Positions 42,093 through 51,527 of a stretch of 64,000 nucleotides of DNA are shown here, one piece after another (position 1 is the stretch's first letter; each line of letters begins with the position of its first letter). Both the position numbers and the translations under genes were made by a program. The stretch comes from a bacterium (GTDB lineage Bacteria > Sysuimicrobiota > Sysuimicrobiia > Sysuimicrobiales > Humicultoraceae). The stretch lies in assembly GCA_031082185.1 (NCBI GenBank), contig JAVHLI010000011.1, forward strand, positions 35,735-99,734, written 5' to 3'. A model generated the notes under the pieces. It saw nothing but the letters and a program-made list of their open reading frames with translations, was not told the origin of the DNA and made no database searches.

Positions 42093-44282
42093 TTGAGATC
42101 GTCGGCTGAGATCCTTCCCGATTGGCTGGGGGCACGGGCGCGGGGCTTTCCCCATCGATTCGCGCTGGCAGCGGGATCCGAGCGCCTGACCTTCAGCGAG
42201 TTGGACCGCCTCGCTGGCCGCGCCGCCCGGCAGCTCGCAGGCCTGGGTGTTGCCCCGGGGGCGCGCGTCGCGCTCGTGCTTGGGGGCGGCGCCCAGTTTG
42301 CCGGGCTCACCCACGCGCTGGCGCGGCTGGGCGCGGTGATGGTGCCGGTCAATACGCGCCTGGCCGCGGCTGAGGTGGCGTGGTGCCTGCAGGACGCTTC
42401 TCCGGCGCTGGTGATCTGCGACGAGGCAAACGCCGCGGCCGCGCACGCCGGGGCCGAGGGAGCAGGCGTCCAGATCCTAACGATTGAGGAACTGGGCGTC
42501 CTGCCCGAGGCAGACGCGTCCCTGCGCGACCGCATCACGCTCTCAGACGTGCAGGGAATCATCTACACCTCGGCCACGACCGGGCGGCCCAAGGGTGTCA
42601 TGCTGACCTTCGGCAACCACTGGTGGAGCGCGGTCGGCTCGGCCTTCAATCTTGGGCTCCGCAACGACGACTGCTGGTTGGCCCCGCTGCCGCTCTATCA
42701 CGTAGGGGGACTGGCGATCCTGTGGCGCAGCGTGATCTACGGCATACCCGCGGTTGTGCATGCGGCCTTCGATCCCGGAGCGGTCAACCGCGAGATTGAT
42801 GCCGGCGGGGTGACCATCGTCTCGGTTGTCAGCACGATGCTGCAGCGCATGCTGGACGAGCGGGGCGATCGGTCTTATCCGCCCACCCTGCGGTGCGTAC
42901 TGCTGGGCGGCGGTCCGGCGCCGCTCGACCTGCTCGAGGAATGCCTGCGGCGCGGGGTGCCGGTGGCTCCGACCTACGGGCTGACCGAGGCGGCCTCCCA
43001 GGTGGCGACGCTACCGCCGGAAGACCTGCCGCGCAAACTCGGATCGGCTGGGAAGGCACTCTTTCCCACTGAGATCAAGACTGAGGACGGCGAGATCTTG
43101 GTCCGCGGTCCCACGGTCATGGCCGGCTACGCCACCCAGCCCGAAGAGACCGCGCGCGTACTGCAGGATGGCTGGCTGCGCACGGGTGATCTGGGCTACC
43201 TGGACGGCGATGGCTACCTTTTCGTCTCGGATCGCAGGGACGATCTTGTGATCTCAGGTGGCGAGAACGTCTATCCTGCCGAGGTGGAGGGAGTCCTGCG
43301 CGGCCATCCTGCCGTGGAGGACGCGGGCGTGTTCGGCCTTCCGGATCCCGAGTGGGGACAGGTCGTAGCGGCGGCGGTCACCTCGCGGCGCGGCGCCTCA
43401 CTCGATGAGGAGGGAGTGCGCGCCTTCTGTGCTGCGCGCCTGGCCCGGTACAAGGTTCCGAAGCGGATATGGTTCGTGGAAGATCTTCCGCGATCTCCCT
43501 CCGGCAAGTTGATCCGCCAGGCGCTGCGCGAGAAGTTCGGGATTGTGGCGGCGTCGCCAACAGAGCGGCGCACCTGGGTCAGGGATGCCTTCCACCGGAT
43601 TGCCGGCCGCTACGATCTGCTGAACCACCTGCTGAGCGGGGGTCTGCACATCCTATGGAAGCGGGCGGCCGTGCAGGCGGCGGGCCTGCGGCCGGGAGGG
43701 GTGGCGCTGGATGTGTGCTGTGGGACCGCGGACCTGGTGCTGCTGGCCTCGCGCGAGGTCGGCCCTGGTGGGCGCGCGATCGGCGTGGACTTCGCGCCGG
43801 GAATGCTCGCGGTGGGTGCCAGGCGCCTGGGCGAGGCAAGCCCGGCGTCATCAGGGTCAGGCGCCAGGGTCTCGCTCGTCTGCGCGGATGCCGAGGCGCT
43901 CCCGCTGGCCGACGGGTCTACCGACGCGGTGACGTTCGCCTTTGGAATCCGCAACGTCGCGTCGCCTCCGGGTGCGCTGCTCGAAGCCCACCGGGTACTA
44001 CGGCCAGGAGGTCGTGTTGTGGTGCTCGAGTTCGGGCGGCCGGAGGCGCGGTGGCTCCGGGCGGCGTACGACCTGTATTCCAGGACGATCATCCCGCTGC
44101 TGGGCGGCCGACTCTCAGGGCGGCGCGACGCGTACCAGTACCTGCACGACTCGGTCCGCCGGTGGATGGACCCCGAGACGCTGGCAGGCCTCATGCGGGA
44201 AGCGGGATTCCAGGAAGTCCGGTACAGGCGCCTCGCCGGCGGGATCGCCGTGCTGCACGCCGGTCTTAAGCTACGGGCGTAG
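42093..44282 (+). CDS. menE-menG: Fusion protein: o-succinylbenzoate-CoA ligase (MenE) + demethylmenaquinone methyltransferase (MenG/UbiE)
   Basis: TTG start with AGGAG 7 nt upstream. Residues about 1-480 form an AMP-binding enzyme (IIYTSATTGRPKGV, TYGLTE, GDLGYLDGDGYLFVSDR, PSGKL). Residues about 490-729 are UbiE-type (FHRIAGRYDLLNHLLSGGLHILWKR, LDVCCGTADL, RVLRPGGRVVVLEF). It is one uninterrupted ORF. Confidence 0.8.
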   Translation: MRSSAEILPDWLGARARGFPHRFALAAGSERLTFSELDRLAGRAARQLAGLGVAPGARVALVLGGGAQFAGLTHALARLGAVMVPVNTRLAAAEVAWCLQDASPALVICDEANAAAAHAGAEGAGVQILTIEELGVLPEADASLRDRITLSDVQGIIYTSATTGRPKGVMLTFGNHWWSAVGSAFNLGLRNDDCWLAPLPLYHVGGLAILWRSVIYGIPAVVHAAFDPGAVNREIDAGGVTIVSVVSTMLQRMLDERGDRSYPPTLRCVLLGGGPAPLDLLEECLRRGVPVAPTYGLTEAASQVATLPPEDLPRKLGSAGKALFPTEIKTEDGEILVRGPTVMAGYATQPEETARVLQDGWLRTGDLGYLDGDGYLFVSDRRDDLVISGGENVYPAEVEGVLRGHPAVEDAGVFGLPDPEWGQVVAAAVTSRRGASLDEEGVRAFCAARLARYKVPKRIWFVEDLPRSPSGKLIRQALREKFGIVAASPTERRTWVRDAFHRIAGRYDLLNHLLSGGLHILWKRAAVQAAGLRPGGVALDVCCGTADLVLLASREVGPGGRAIGVDFAPGMLAVGARRLGEASPASSGSGARVSLVCADAEALPLADGSTDAVTFAFGIRNVASPPGALLEAHRVLRPGGRVVVLEFGRPEARWLRAAYDLYSRTIIPLLGGRLSGRRDAYQYLHDSVRRWMDPETLAGLMREAGFQEVRYRRLAGGIAVLHAGLKLRA

Positions 44283-45482
44283 CGGCCCGACCATCCGGCC
44301 CACAGCCGTGATCAGCGCGTCAACGTCGGCCTGGGTGTTGTACCCCTGGACCGACACACGCAGCAACGGCCGGCCGTTCCAGTTCCACACCGGCACCTCG
44401 ATCCGGAACTCCTCGCGCAGACGCTGCTGGAACGCTTCCGGGTTGCAGGGAGGCAGCAGCGCGCTTGCCATCTGAGCGAACCATGGGCTGCCGTCCGGTC
44501 GCGTCTCAGGGCAGATCGGCGGCAATCCAGTTAGCGCCTCGATCGCCCGACGCGCGTCTTTGGCCGTGGCGTGGCACTCCTGCCGTACCGCGTACCAGTC
44601 GTGCTCCCTAAAGAACTCGATCGCCGAGGGCACGGCCAGGAAGGCCGCCAGATCGCGCGTTCCCTGGTACTCGTGCTCGTCAATGAACCGGGATGGTCCC
44701 GGCTTCTCGGACCTCCATCCCCAGCTCACGACCAGCGGTTCGAGCAGCGGTTGGACCTCGCGCCGCGCGTATAGGAAGGCCGAGCCCTTGGGCGCGCACA
44801 TCCACTTATGGCAGTTGCCGGCGTAGAAGTCTGCGCCGAGCGCTTCCAGGGCAAGCGGGATCTGGCCCGGCGCGTGGGCGCCGTCTATCACTGTGAGAAT
44901 ACCCGCGGCCCGGGCGCGACGGATCAGATCCTCGACCGGGAGAATCAACGCGGTCGGGGGAGTGATGTGACTGACGAACAATACCCGGGTCCTGGGCGTC
45001 ACGCGCGACCAGATCGCCTCCACGACCTCTTCCCGGGAGGTGATCGGCAGCGGCACGGCCGCCCGCACGCAGACCGCTTTCCTCATCTCGCATATGAACT
45101 GCCAGGTGCGGTCCAGCGCCCCGTACTCGTGGTCGGTGGTCAGCACCTCGTCCCCGGGGTTGAGCCGTAGAGAGCGGGCCACGATGTTGAGCCCGGTGGT
45201 CGCGTTCGGCACGTAGACCAGGTCGTCGGGGTCGGTGCCAAGGTACCCTCCAAGCGACGCGCGCGCCCTTCGCATCAGGTCGCCTGCCCGCCGCGCGAAG
45301 AACTCGACCGGCTGGCTTTCCAGCTCGCGCTGCCAGCGCTGGTACGCTTCGAAAACGGGCCCGGGGCATGCGCCGAACGAGCCGTGGTTGAGGAAGACCA
45401 CGTCCCTGCGGAGCAGGAACTGGTCACGGATGGCGACGGCGCGCGCGTCCGGGTTCGATGTGCCGGGATCCGTCATCGGCAA
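44271..45482 (-). CDS. Class-V aminotransferase-fold PLP enzyme (cysteine desulfurase/isopenicillin-N epimerase-like)
   Basis: VFLNHGSFG at the N-terminus and the PLP-lysine region YAGNCHKWMCAPKG. Confidence 0.8.
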   Translation of the reverse strand: MPMTDPGTSNPDARAVAIRDQFLLRRDVVFLNHGSFGACPGPVFEAYQRWQRELESQPVEFFARRAGDLMRRARASLGGYLGTDPDDLVYVPNATTGLNIVARSLRLNPGDEVLTTDHEYGALDRTWQFICEMRKAVCVRAAVPLPITSREEVVEAIWSRVTPRTRVLFVSHITPPTALILPVEDLIRRARAAGILTVIDGAHAPGQIPLALEALGADFYAGNCHKWMCAPKGSAFLYARREVQPLLEPLVVSWGWRSEKPGPSRFIDEHEYQGTRDLAAFLAVPSAIEFFREHDWYAVRQECHATAKDARRAIEALTGLPPICPETRPDGSPWFAQMASALLPPCNPEAFQQRLREEFRIEVPVWNWNGRPLLRVSVQGYNTQADVDALITAVGRMVGPLRP

Positions 45483-45489
45483 CCTCTCC

Positions 45490-46869
45490 CTACTGCCTGG
45501 GTGTCAGAGCCACGTCGAGGGTTACAAGCGGTCCGTCGGCGACCGTCACCCTTCTCGTCTCGGCCTGGTAGCCTTCCTTGGAGATCCGCACCGAGTGCGT
45601 TCCCGTGAGCAGCAGACGGTAGAACCGTCCGAACTCGGGATCGCTTGTGCGGGCCCTGATTGCATCACCGGTGAGACCCTCCACCTCGATGAGCGCTTCG
45701 AGCGGCCGGCCGGTTCTCGCATCGGTCACCCTTCCTGTGATCCCCGGCCCTCGGTAGGTGAAGCCCTCACCCACCTTGCCGTGAAGGAACCGCCGAAGCC
45801 ACTGCTTGATCCCGTCCGAGAGGTTGCGGACGTACTCCTCGGCCTGCTGCAGCGAGTGCGGGTCGTCATCGGCCGGATCGGGGGTATAGAAGTACCGGTC
45901 GTTGTAGAGACGCTCGGCGATCTCGACGATATAGTGGAGTGTTCCCACCGCTGCGTAGTGCCAGTTCGAAGACTGGCCCATGGGAGCCAGCAGGCCCCCC
46001 GCGGGCATGCGGCACACCGCCGGGTCGAAGATTGGCGACCCCATCTGGCAGAACCCCCCGGCCTGCCTGGAGGCCAGGGTCCACCGCGCGATCTCCTGCG
46101 CGGTCTCCAGCAGCCTGGTCTGGTCGGGCGGGGGGAGGACCGTGTCATCAGTACGACCGATTCCCCACGGCCGCATGATCTGGCTCTGCGGGAACGGGGT
46201 GCCGTGGTGGAAGTCAATTCCGAACAGTGGGCGCTGTTCGATGGCCAGGTCGCGCAGTGCCCGGGTCTCGGGCTCGGAGAACGGCGCGGTGCCACGGAAA
46301 TACGAGGAGTTGGGATCGGTGCACTGCGGTTGGTATACGGCGCACCGATCCCAGCGGAAGTCGTAGTTGCGGTTCAGGTCCACGCCGGGCCGGTCGCCGT
46401 TCTTACGCCGGTTCGTTTCGTACCCGTACGCGTTCAGCACCGGCACGAACCAGATTTCGTAGGCGTTGACCCAGTCGGCGATCTCCTGGTCAACGCCGTA
46501 GCCGCGGGTCAGATCTTGGATAAGCCCGAGCGTGATCTTAAGCCCCAGTGGCTCCCGGCCGTGGATGATGCCCAGGAAGAGCCAGGCCGGCTCGTCCTCC
46601 TCCTGTGCCGCGTTGTCCGAAACCTTGACGGCCAGAATCGGCCTGCCGTTGGAGCTGCGTCCTATCTCGCGCACGCGCACGATGTCGGGAAAGCTTCCCT
46701 GCAACCGGATCAGGCCGGCGACTATCTGCTCGTACGACGGGTAGAAAGCCTCCACTGGCTGGGCGCGTGTGCCAACGGAGGCGCTCGTGCCGGTAGGGAT
46801 GCCGGTGGGGATGCCGGCGAGGGTCAGTCCTGCCAGGAGGGTGCCGACGGTCAGGAGGCGCCGGATCAA
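45490..46869 (-). CDS. Secreted M14 zinc carboxypeptidase with a C-terminal carboxypeptidase-regulatory-like beta domain
   Basis: A signal peptide, the Zn motif GIIHGREPLG, and a C-terminal ITGRVTDARTGRPLEALIEVEG...GTHSVRISKEGY. Confidence 0.8.
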   Translation of the reverse strand: MIRRLLTVGTLLAGLTLAGIPTGIPTGTSASVGTRAQPVEAFYPSYEQIVAGLIRLQGSFPDIVRVREIGRSSNGRPILAVKVSDNAAQEEDEPAWLFLGIIHGREPLGLKITLGLIQDLTRGYGVDQEIADWVNAYEIWFVPVLNAYGYETNRRKNGDRPGVDLNRNYDFRWDRCAVYQPQCTDPNSSYFRGTAPFSEPETRALRDLAIEQRPLFGIDFHHGTPFPQSQIMRPWGIGRTDDTVLPPPDQTRLLETAQEIARWTLASRQAGGFCQMGSPIFDPAVCRMPAGGLLAPMGQSSNWHYAAVGTLHYIVEIAERLYNDRYFYTPDPADDDPHSLQQAEEYVRNLSDGIKQWLRRFLHGKVGEGFTYRGPGITGRVTDARTGRPLEALIEVEGLTGDAIRARTSDPEFGRFYRLLLTGTHSVRISKEGYQAETRRVTVADGPLVTLDVALTPRQ

Positions 46870-47957
46870 GCCGGCAGCACCCGCACCTCGCGCGGCAGCA
46901 TGCTCAGCCGCTCCGCGCCCCGCGCAGTTACGACCACGATCTCCTCAAGGCGGACCCCGAACTCGCCTTCGAGGTAGATCCCCGGCTCGATACTGAACAT
47001 CATCCCTTCCTGCATCGGCAAATCGTTGGTGTGCGTGACCGAGGGCGGTTCATGCCCGGTGAGGCCGATGCCGTGGCCTGTGCGATGGGTGAACTGCCTG
47101 CCGTAGCCGGCGTTCTCGATCACGGCGCGCGCGGCCCTGTCAACGGCAGAGAGCGGGGTGCCGGGCCTGACCGCGTCCATGCCCGCGCGCACGGCGTGCT
47201 CGACGATCGCGTGGGCCTCGCGATAGCGCGCCGAGGACTCGCCAATGTATCCCATGCGGGTGATGTCCGACATGTAACCTTCGAGGCGGCCGCCCAGGTC
47301 CACCAGGACCGGTTCGCCCTCCCGCAGACTTCGGCTGCCGGAACGGTGGTGAGGGTAGGCCGAGTTCGGCCCGCTCCCGACGATCGCCGGCCCCGGCTGC
47401 GCCACCGCCTGCTCCGCGAACGCGTTTGCCACCGCGCGGGTAACTGCGAGCTCGGTGACCCCGGGACGGCAGGCCGCGAGGGCCGCATCCACGGCAATGT
47501 CGGCCGTGGCGGCCGAACGGCGCATCAGCGCGATCTCCTCGGATGTCTTGATCATGCGCACCGGCGCCATCACCTCGGCACCGGGAGCGAAGGCGCTCTT
47601 TGTCCACCGCTCCTGGAGCAGCAGCAGGAAGTCGGCCCGCATCGTGTCGCCGATACAGATGCGTACTGGATCTCCCAGCCGGCCGTGCGCCTCGCGCAGC
47701 ACCGCCCCGGGTCCCTCGGCATCGGAATAGGTAAGGAAGGGCAGGTCAACGTGTCCGCGCGCTTCCCCGGCGTTGAGCTCGGGCACGAGGAACACCGCGT
47801 CGTCACCGGTTAGGAACAGGTAGCACGGTCGCTCGTCGGCGTGCGGGGTGAAGCCGAGCAGGTAGTACATGTCATCGCCCGGCGGCAGGCTCAGCAGGTC
47901 CACTCCGGCAGATCTCATCTGGGCGCGCGCGCGGGTGACGCGATCGGTGTTGGGCAT
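46866..47957 (-). CDS. M24-family Xaa-Pro dipeptidase/aminopeptidase
   Basis: ORF trimmed to ATG 47957, which has GAGGAG upstream. Pita-bread motifs VDLGGRLEGYMSDITR, HRTGHGIGLTGHEPP and SIEPGIY. Confidence 0.85.
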   Translation of the reverse strand: MPNTDRVTRARAQMRSAGVDLLSLPPGDDMYYLLGFTPHADERPCYLFLTGDDAVFLVPELNAGEARGHVDLPFLTYSDAEGPGAVLREAHGRLGDPVRICIGDTMRADFLLLLQERWTKSAFAPGAEVMAPVRMIKTSEEIALMRRSAATADIAVDAALAACRPGVTELAVTRAVANAFAEQAVAQPGPAIVGSGPNSAYPHHRSGSRSLREGEPVLVDLGGRLEGYMSDITRMGYIGESSARYREAHAIVEHAVRAGMDAVRPGTPLSAVDRAARAVIENAGYGRQFTHRTGHGIGLTGHEPPSVTHTNDLPMQEGMMFSIEPGIYLEGEFGVRLEEIVVVTARGAERLSMLPREVRVLPA

Positions 47958-48082
47958 CTGGGACTCCTCTCGTGCGGGTGCGTTGCAGCACTCTATACAC
48001 CGCCTGCCTCCAACAGACCTCCCATCAGCAACTCGCCCGGCGGCAGGAACGATCCGATGTGCCGGCGAATCCGCACGCGGCC

Positions 48083-48763
48083 ATGTTACCGCGATCCACA
48101 GCACTGACTGCTCTCCGGCGCCGCGCAGCTAGGATTGCTGCGATCCTGGGCGAGCGCTACCCTGTCACCCGTCTGCCGCTCAAGCACCGCAACCCGCTGC
48201 AGTTGCTGGTGGCCACGATACTGTCGGCGCAATGCACCGACAGCCAGGTGAACAAGGTCACACCGGCGTTGTTCGCCCGCTACAAGACGGCGGTGGAGTT
48301 TGCCTCCGCGGACCCGTCTGAGATGGAAGCGCTCGTCCGCACAACGGGCTTCTACCGGCAGAAGGCGCGGGCGATCGCGCGGACGGCCAGGATGCTGGTT
48401 CAGAAGTTCGGCGGTGTCGTGCCAAGTACTATGGAAGAACTACTGGAACTCCCGGGTGTGGGACGCAAGACGGCCAACGTGGTCCTGGGCGGCATCTTCG
48501 GACTGCCCAGCGTCGTGGTGGACACGCACGTGCGGCGCATCAGCCGGCGCCTGGGGCTCACTGTGCACAACGACCCAACGAAGATCGAGCAGGACCTGAT
48601 GCGGATTCTCAATCGCGACCAGTGGTCGGATTTCTCCCTGCGGGTTATATACCTGGGCCGGGAGATCTGCCGGGCGCGGCATCCGCTGTGCCCGGCCTGC
48701 CCGCTGCGTCGCCTCTGCCCCTATGCTCGTGGAAACCAGTCCAAAGGCCTGTCAAGCCGATAG
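48083..48763 (+). CDS. nth: Endonuclease III
   Basis: ORF trimmed to ATG 48083. HhH motif LPGVGRKTANVVL, catalytic-region VDTHVRR, and an FeS cluster C-x6-C-x2-C-x5-C (CRARHPLCPACPLRRLC). Confidence 0.9.
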   Translation: MLPRSTALTALRRRAARIAAILGERYPVTRLPLKHRNPLQLLVATILSAQCTDSQVNKVTPALFARYKTAVEFASADPSEMEALVRTTGFYRQKARAIARTARMLVQKFGGVVPSTMEELLELPGVGRKTANVVLGGIFGLPSVVVDTHVRRISRRLGLTVHNDPTKIEQDLMRILNRDQWSDFSLRVIYLGREICRARHPLCPACPLRRLCPYARGNQSKGLSSR

Positions 48764-49031
48764 CCAGGTATGCCGCGTCGTATAGGCCGATCGCCTGGGT
48801 GCCCACCACAGGGATCGTCCCCCCCATCAGGAGCGCGCTGAGAAACCCGAGTAGCGCTGCGAGGGTGTAGATCAGGCCCGAGGTCTGCGCCCCCATCCGT
48901 ACCCCCCAACCTGTTGCGCCCAGGCAGAGCAGCAGCGCTCCGCCGGCCAGGTGGAAGAGTCTGGGTCCCGGGGCCAGATACCCCAGCAGTAGGAGAACGA
49001 TTCCGGCTACCAGGCAGTAGAGTCGCGCCAT
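48645..49031 (-). CDS. Small integral membrane protein, unknown function
   Basis: Four hydrophobic segments in the first ~100 aa. The 3' ~118 nt overlap the end of nth and encode a low-complexity tail, so the true stop and the reality of the gene are uncertain. Confidence 0.35.
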   Translation of the reverse strand: MARLYCLVAGIVLLLLGYLAPGPRLFHLAGGALLLCLGATGWGVRMGAQTSGLIYTLAALLGFLSALLMGGTIPVVGTQAIGLYDAAYLAIGLTGLWTGFHEHRGRGDAAGRPGTADAAPGRSPGPGI

Positions 49032-49127
49032 TGCATGCCCAGTTCGTTCTTGCCGCGCCGGCTCCCTGCGCAGGAGTGCCCGGCTGCAGGAGTGCCCGAC
49101 ACCCAGGGGGAATCGCCCGGTGAGGTG

Positions 49128-50702
49128 ATGGTGTCCATGCGTACGGGACGCTCAACCGTGCTCGCGCGACGCGGGATGATCGCCACGGGTCACCCTCTAG
49201 CGACGGCCGCGTGTCTGGAGGTTCTGGCAGACCGGGGCAACGCCGTGGACGCCGCGGTGGCCGCGGCGGCGGTACTGGGCGTGGCACAGCCGATGATGAG
49301 CGGGCTTGGCGGCGACACGTTCATGTTGGTCTACCACAAACCCGAGGGGCGCGTCTGGGGTCTCAACGGCAGCGGGCCCGCGCCCGCGGGCGCGTCGCGA
49401 GAATACTTCGTCGAGCAGGGCCACACGACGATGCCGCTTCGAGGCATGCTGTCGGTTTCGGTGCCCGGAGCGGTTCGAGCGATGGAGGAGGCCCTGGCCC
49501 GATGGGGCAGCGGCCGATTCTCCCTCCGTAAGCTGCTGGAGCCGGCGATCCGCTACGCCGAGGAGGGTGTGCCGGTTGCGAGAAAGATAGCCGGCTGGCT
49601 GCGTGAGGCCGCGCCCGCCATCGCCCAGTACCCTTCCTCGTCGGCGGTGTTCCTGCCGCACGGCAGGCCTTTGGAGGAGGGCGAGATTCTGGTCCAGCGT
49701 GATCTCGGCGCATCGCTGCGGACAGTGGCCGCGGGCGGTTCAGCGGCGTTCTACGAAGGGCCGATCGCCGAGGCAATCGGCGCGTACAGCCGCGCCCACG
49801 GAGGATTGCTCTCCGCCGGCGACTTCGCCGGGTACGCCGTGGATGTGCACGAGCCCCTAAGCACCGCCTTCCGCGACCTGACCGTCTACGCTACGGCGCC
49901 TCCGTCCCAGGGGATCCTGCTGCTCGAGATGTTGAACATCCTCGAAGGTTTTGACCCCGCGCGCTGGGATTCGCCCGACGCCATCCACAGGGCCGTAGAG
50001 GCCAAGAAGATCGCCTATGCCGACCGCCTGGCCTACCTGGGAGACCCGCTGCTCGTCCGCAACCCGGTCGGCGCGCTGCTCGACAAAGGGTACGCGGCCC
50101 GCCGGCGAGAGGGGATGGGAAACACAACCTACTTCTGCGTGGCCGACTGTGAGGGAAACCTCGTCTCGTACATAACCAGTCTATCGGCCGCCTTCGGCTG
50201 CGGCGAGATCGTTGAGGGAACCGGCATCCTGCCAAACAACCGCGCCGGTCGCGGGTTCACCCTGGAAGCCGGGCACCCCAACTGCATCGAGCCCGGTAAG
50301 CGTACGATGCACACTCTGACTCCCTACATGGCGTTTCGCGGCGGAATGCCCTGGCTGGCCTGGGGTACGCCCGGCGGTGATGCGCAGCCGCAGTGGTGCC
50401 TGCAGGTCCTGCTCAACCTGGTCGAGTCCGGGATGAGCCCGCAGCAGGCGGTCGAGGCCCCGCGCTGGCACAGCTTCCCAGGCACCGATCCGGCGACGCT
50501 CGGATCGCAGTTCGAGTTGCGCGTCGAGGAGGGCTTCCCTGCGGAGACCCTTGCCGAACTGGAGCGGAGGGGCCACCGCGTCATGCCCGCGGCCTCGCCG
50601 GAAGGCGGCGGCGGGGCCCAGGCGATTCTGGTAGACCACACGCGCGGGGCATACCTGGGCGCCTCGGATCCGCGCGTGGACGGCTGCGCGATAGGACTCT
50701 AA
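49128..50702 (+). CDS. ggt: Gamma-glutamyltransferase
   Basis: ORF trimmed to ATG 49128. GMIATGHPLATAA, MSGLGGD, an autoprocessing/nucleophile region GNTTYFCVAD, and the C-terminal GTPGGD. Confidence 0.85.
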   Translation: MVSMRTGRSTVLARRGMIATGHPLATAACLEVLADRGNAVDAAVAAAAVLGVAQPMMSGLGGDTFMLVYHKPEGRVWGLNGSGPAPAGASREYFVEQGHTTMPLRGMLSVSVPGAVRAMEEALARWGSGRFSLRKLLEPAIRYAEEGVPVARKIAGWLREAAPAIAQYPSSSAVFLPHGRPLEEGEILVQRDLGASLRTVAAGGSAAFYEGPIAEAIGAYSRAHGGLLSAGDFAGYAVDVHEPLSTAFRDLTVYATAPPSQGILLLEMLNILEGFDPARWDSPDAIHRAVEAKKIAYADRLAYLGDPLLVRNPVGALLDKGYAARRREGMGNTTYFCVADCEGNLVSYITSLSAAFGCGEIVEGTGILPNNRAGRGFTLEAGHPNCIEPGKRTMHTLTPYMAFRGGMPWLAWGTPGGDAQPQWCLQVLLNLVESGMSPQQAVEAPRWHSFPGTDPATLGSQFELRVEEGFPAETLAELERRGHRVMPAASPEGGGGAQAILVDHTRGAYLGASDPRVDGCAIGL

Positions 50703-51523
50703 TGGGCCTCATCCGCGCGACATACCGCAGCTTCCTGGAAGACGACTGTACGTTCGCAGCCGCCTCAATCGCCTACTACGCTCTGCTCTCGATCTTCCCG
50801 TTCCTGCTGGCAGTTGCCGCGGTCTCGACGCACTTCCTGGAGCACGAGCGGGTTCAATCCGCGATCCAGGAAACGCTGCGTGCCTATCTCCCACCGAGGG
50901 CACACGCGGTGATTCTCGAGAACGTGCAGGAGGCCATTCGCCTGCGCGGCCCGGTCGGGGTGGCGGCGGTCATCGCGTATCTCTGGTCCGCATCCGCGGC
51001 GGTCGGCGCGGTGCGCCACACTCTAAACCGGATCTGGGACGTGAAGCGGAGCCGTCCGTTCTGGCAGAGGAAGTTGCTCGAGGCCGGGACGACCCTGGCG
51101 CTTGCCGGAGTCCTGGGCGCTCTGGCCATCATCTCCGTGGGCCTGTCCATCCTGGCGGAGCTGGGGTGGCGGATCCCTCTCTCAGGACGGCTTCACGACC
51201 TCGTGCTGGCCGGCCCGGCCCGGGAGGCCGCCGCGCTCGGGCTTGTGTTCGTGGCGTTCCTGCTCGTCTACGGCATACTCCCCAACCGGCCGCTTCGCCT
51301 CCGGTGGTTGTGGCCCGGCGCGCTCATCGCCGCCGTTCTGTTCGAAGTGGCGAGGCACGCCGCGTTCTGGGGCCTCGCGCTGTTCGCCCAGTACCATCTC
51401 GTGTACGGCTCCATGGCCGGGGTCGTCATCTTCCTACTGTGGACGTACGTCACGGCGACCATCCTGCTGATCGGCGCCGAAATCGCGCGATGCCGGGCGC
51501 CCCTATCTCCCGGAGGTGAATAG
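50702..51523 (+). CDS. YihY/BrkB-family membrane protein
   Basis: TAATG overlap with ggt. FAAASIAYYALLSIFPFLL and six TM segments. Confidence 0.8.
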   Translation: MGLIRATYRSFLEDDCTFAAASIAYYALLSIFPFLLAVAAVSTHFLEHERVQSAIQETLRAYLPPRAHAVILENVQEAIRLRGPVGVAAVIAYLWSASAAVGAVRHTLNRIWDVKRSRPFWQRKLLEAGTTLALAGVLGALAIISVGLSILAELGWRIPLSGRLHDLVLAGPAREAAALGLVFVAFLLVYGILPNRPLRLRWLWPGALIAAVLFEVARHAAFWGLALFAQYHLVYGSMAGVVIFLLWTYVTATILLIGAEIARCRAPLSPGGE

Positions 51524-51527
51524 GGTC

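Noticed and set aside
45235-46977. A 580-aa plus-strand ORF
   Set aside because: It is antisense to the well-supported M14 carboxypeptidase and the class-V aminotransferase. Its composition is Arg/Gly/Pro-rich with no motifs. Long open antisense frames are expected at this GC content.
48645-48763. A 118-nt convergent overlap between nth and the small membrane protein gene, as a possible antisense regulatory arrangement
   Set aside because: The overlapping tail of the membrane-protein ORF is low-complexity (GRGDAAGRPGTADAAPGRSPGPGI). It is probably read-through of a shadow frame, so the true gene, if real, likely ends earlier or has a sequencing error.
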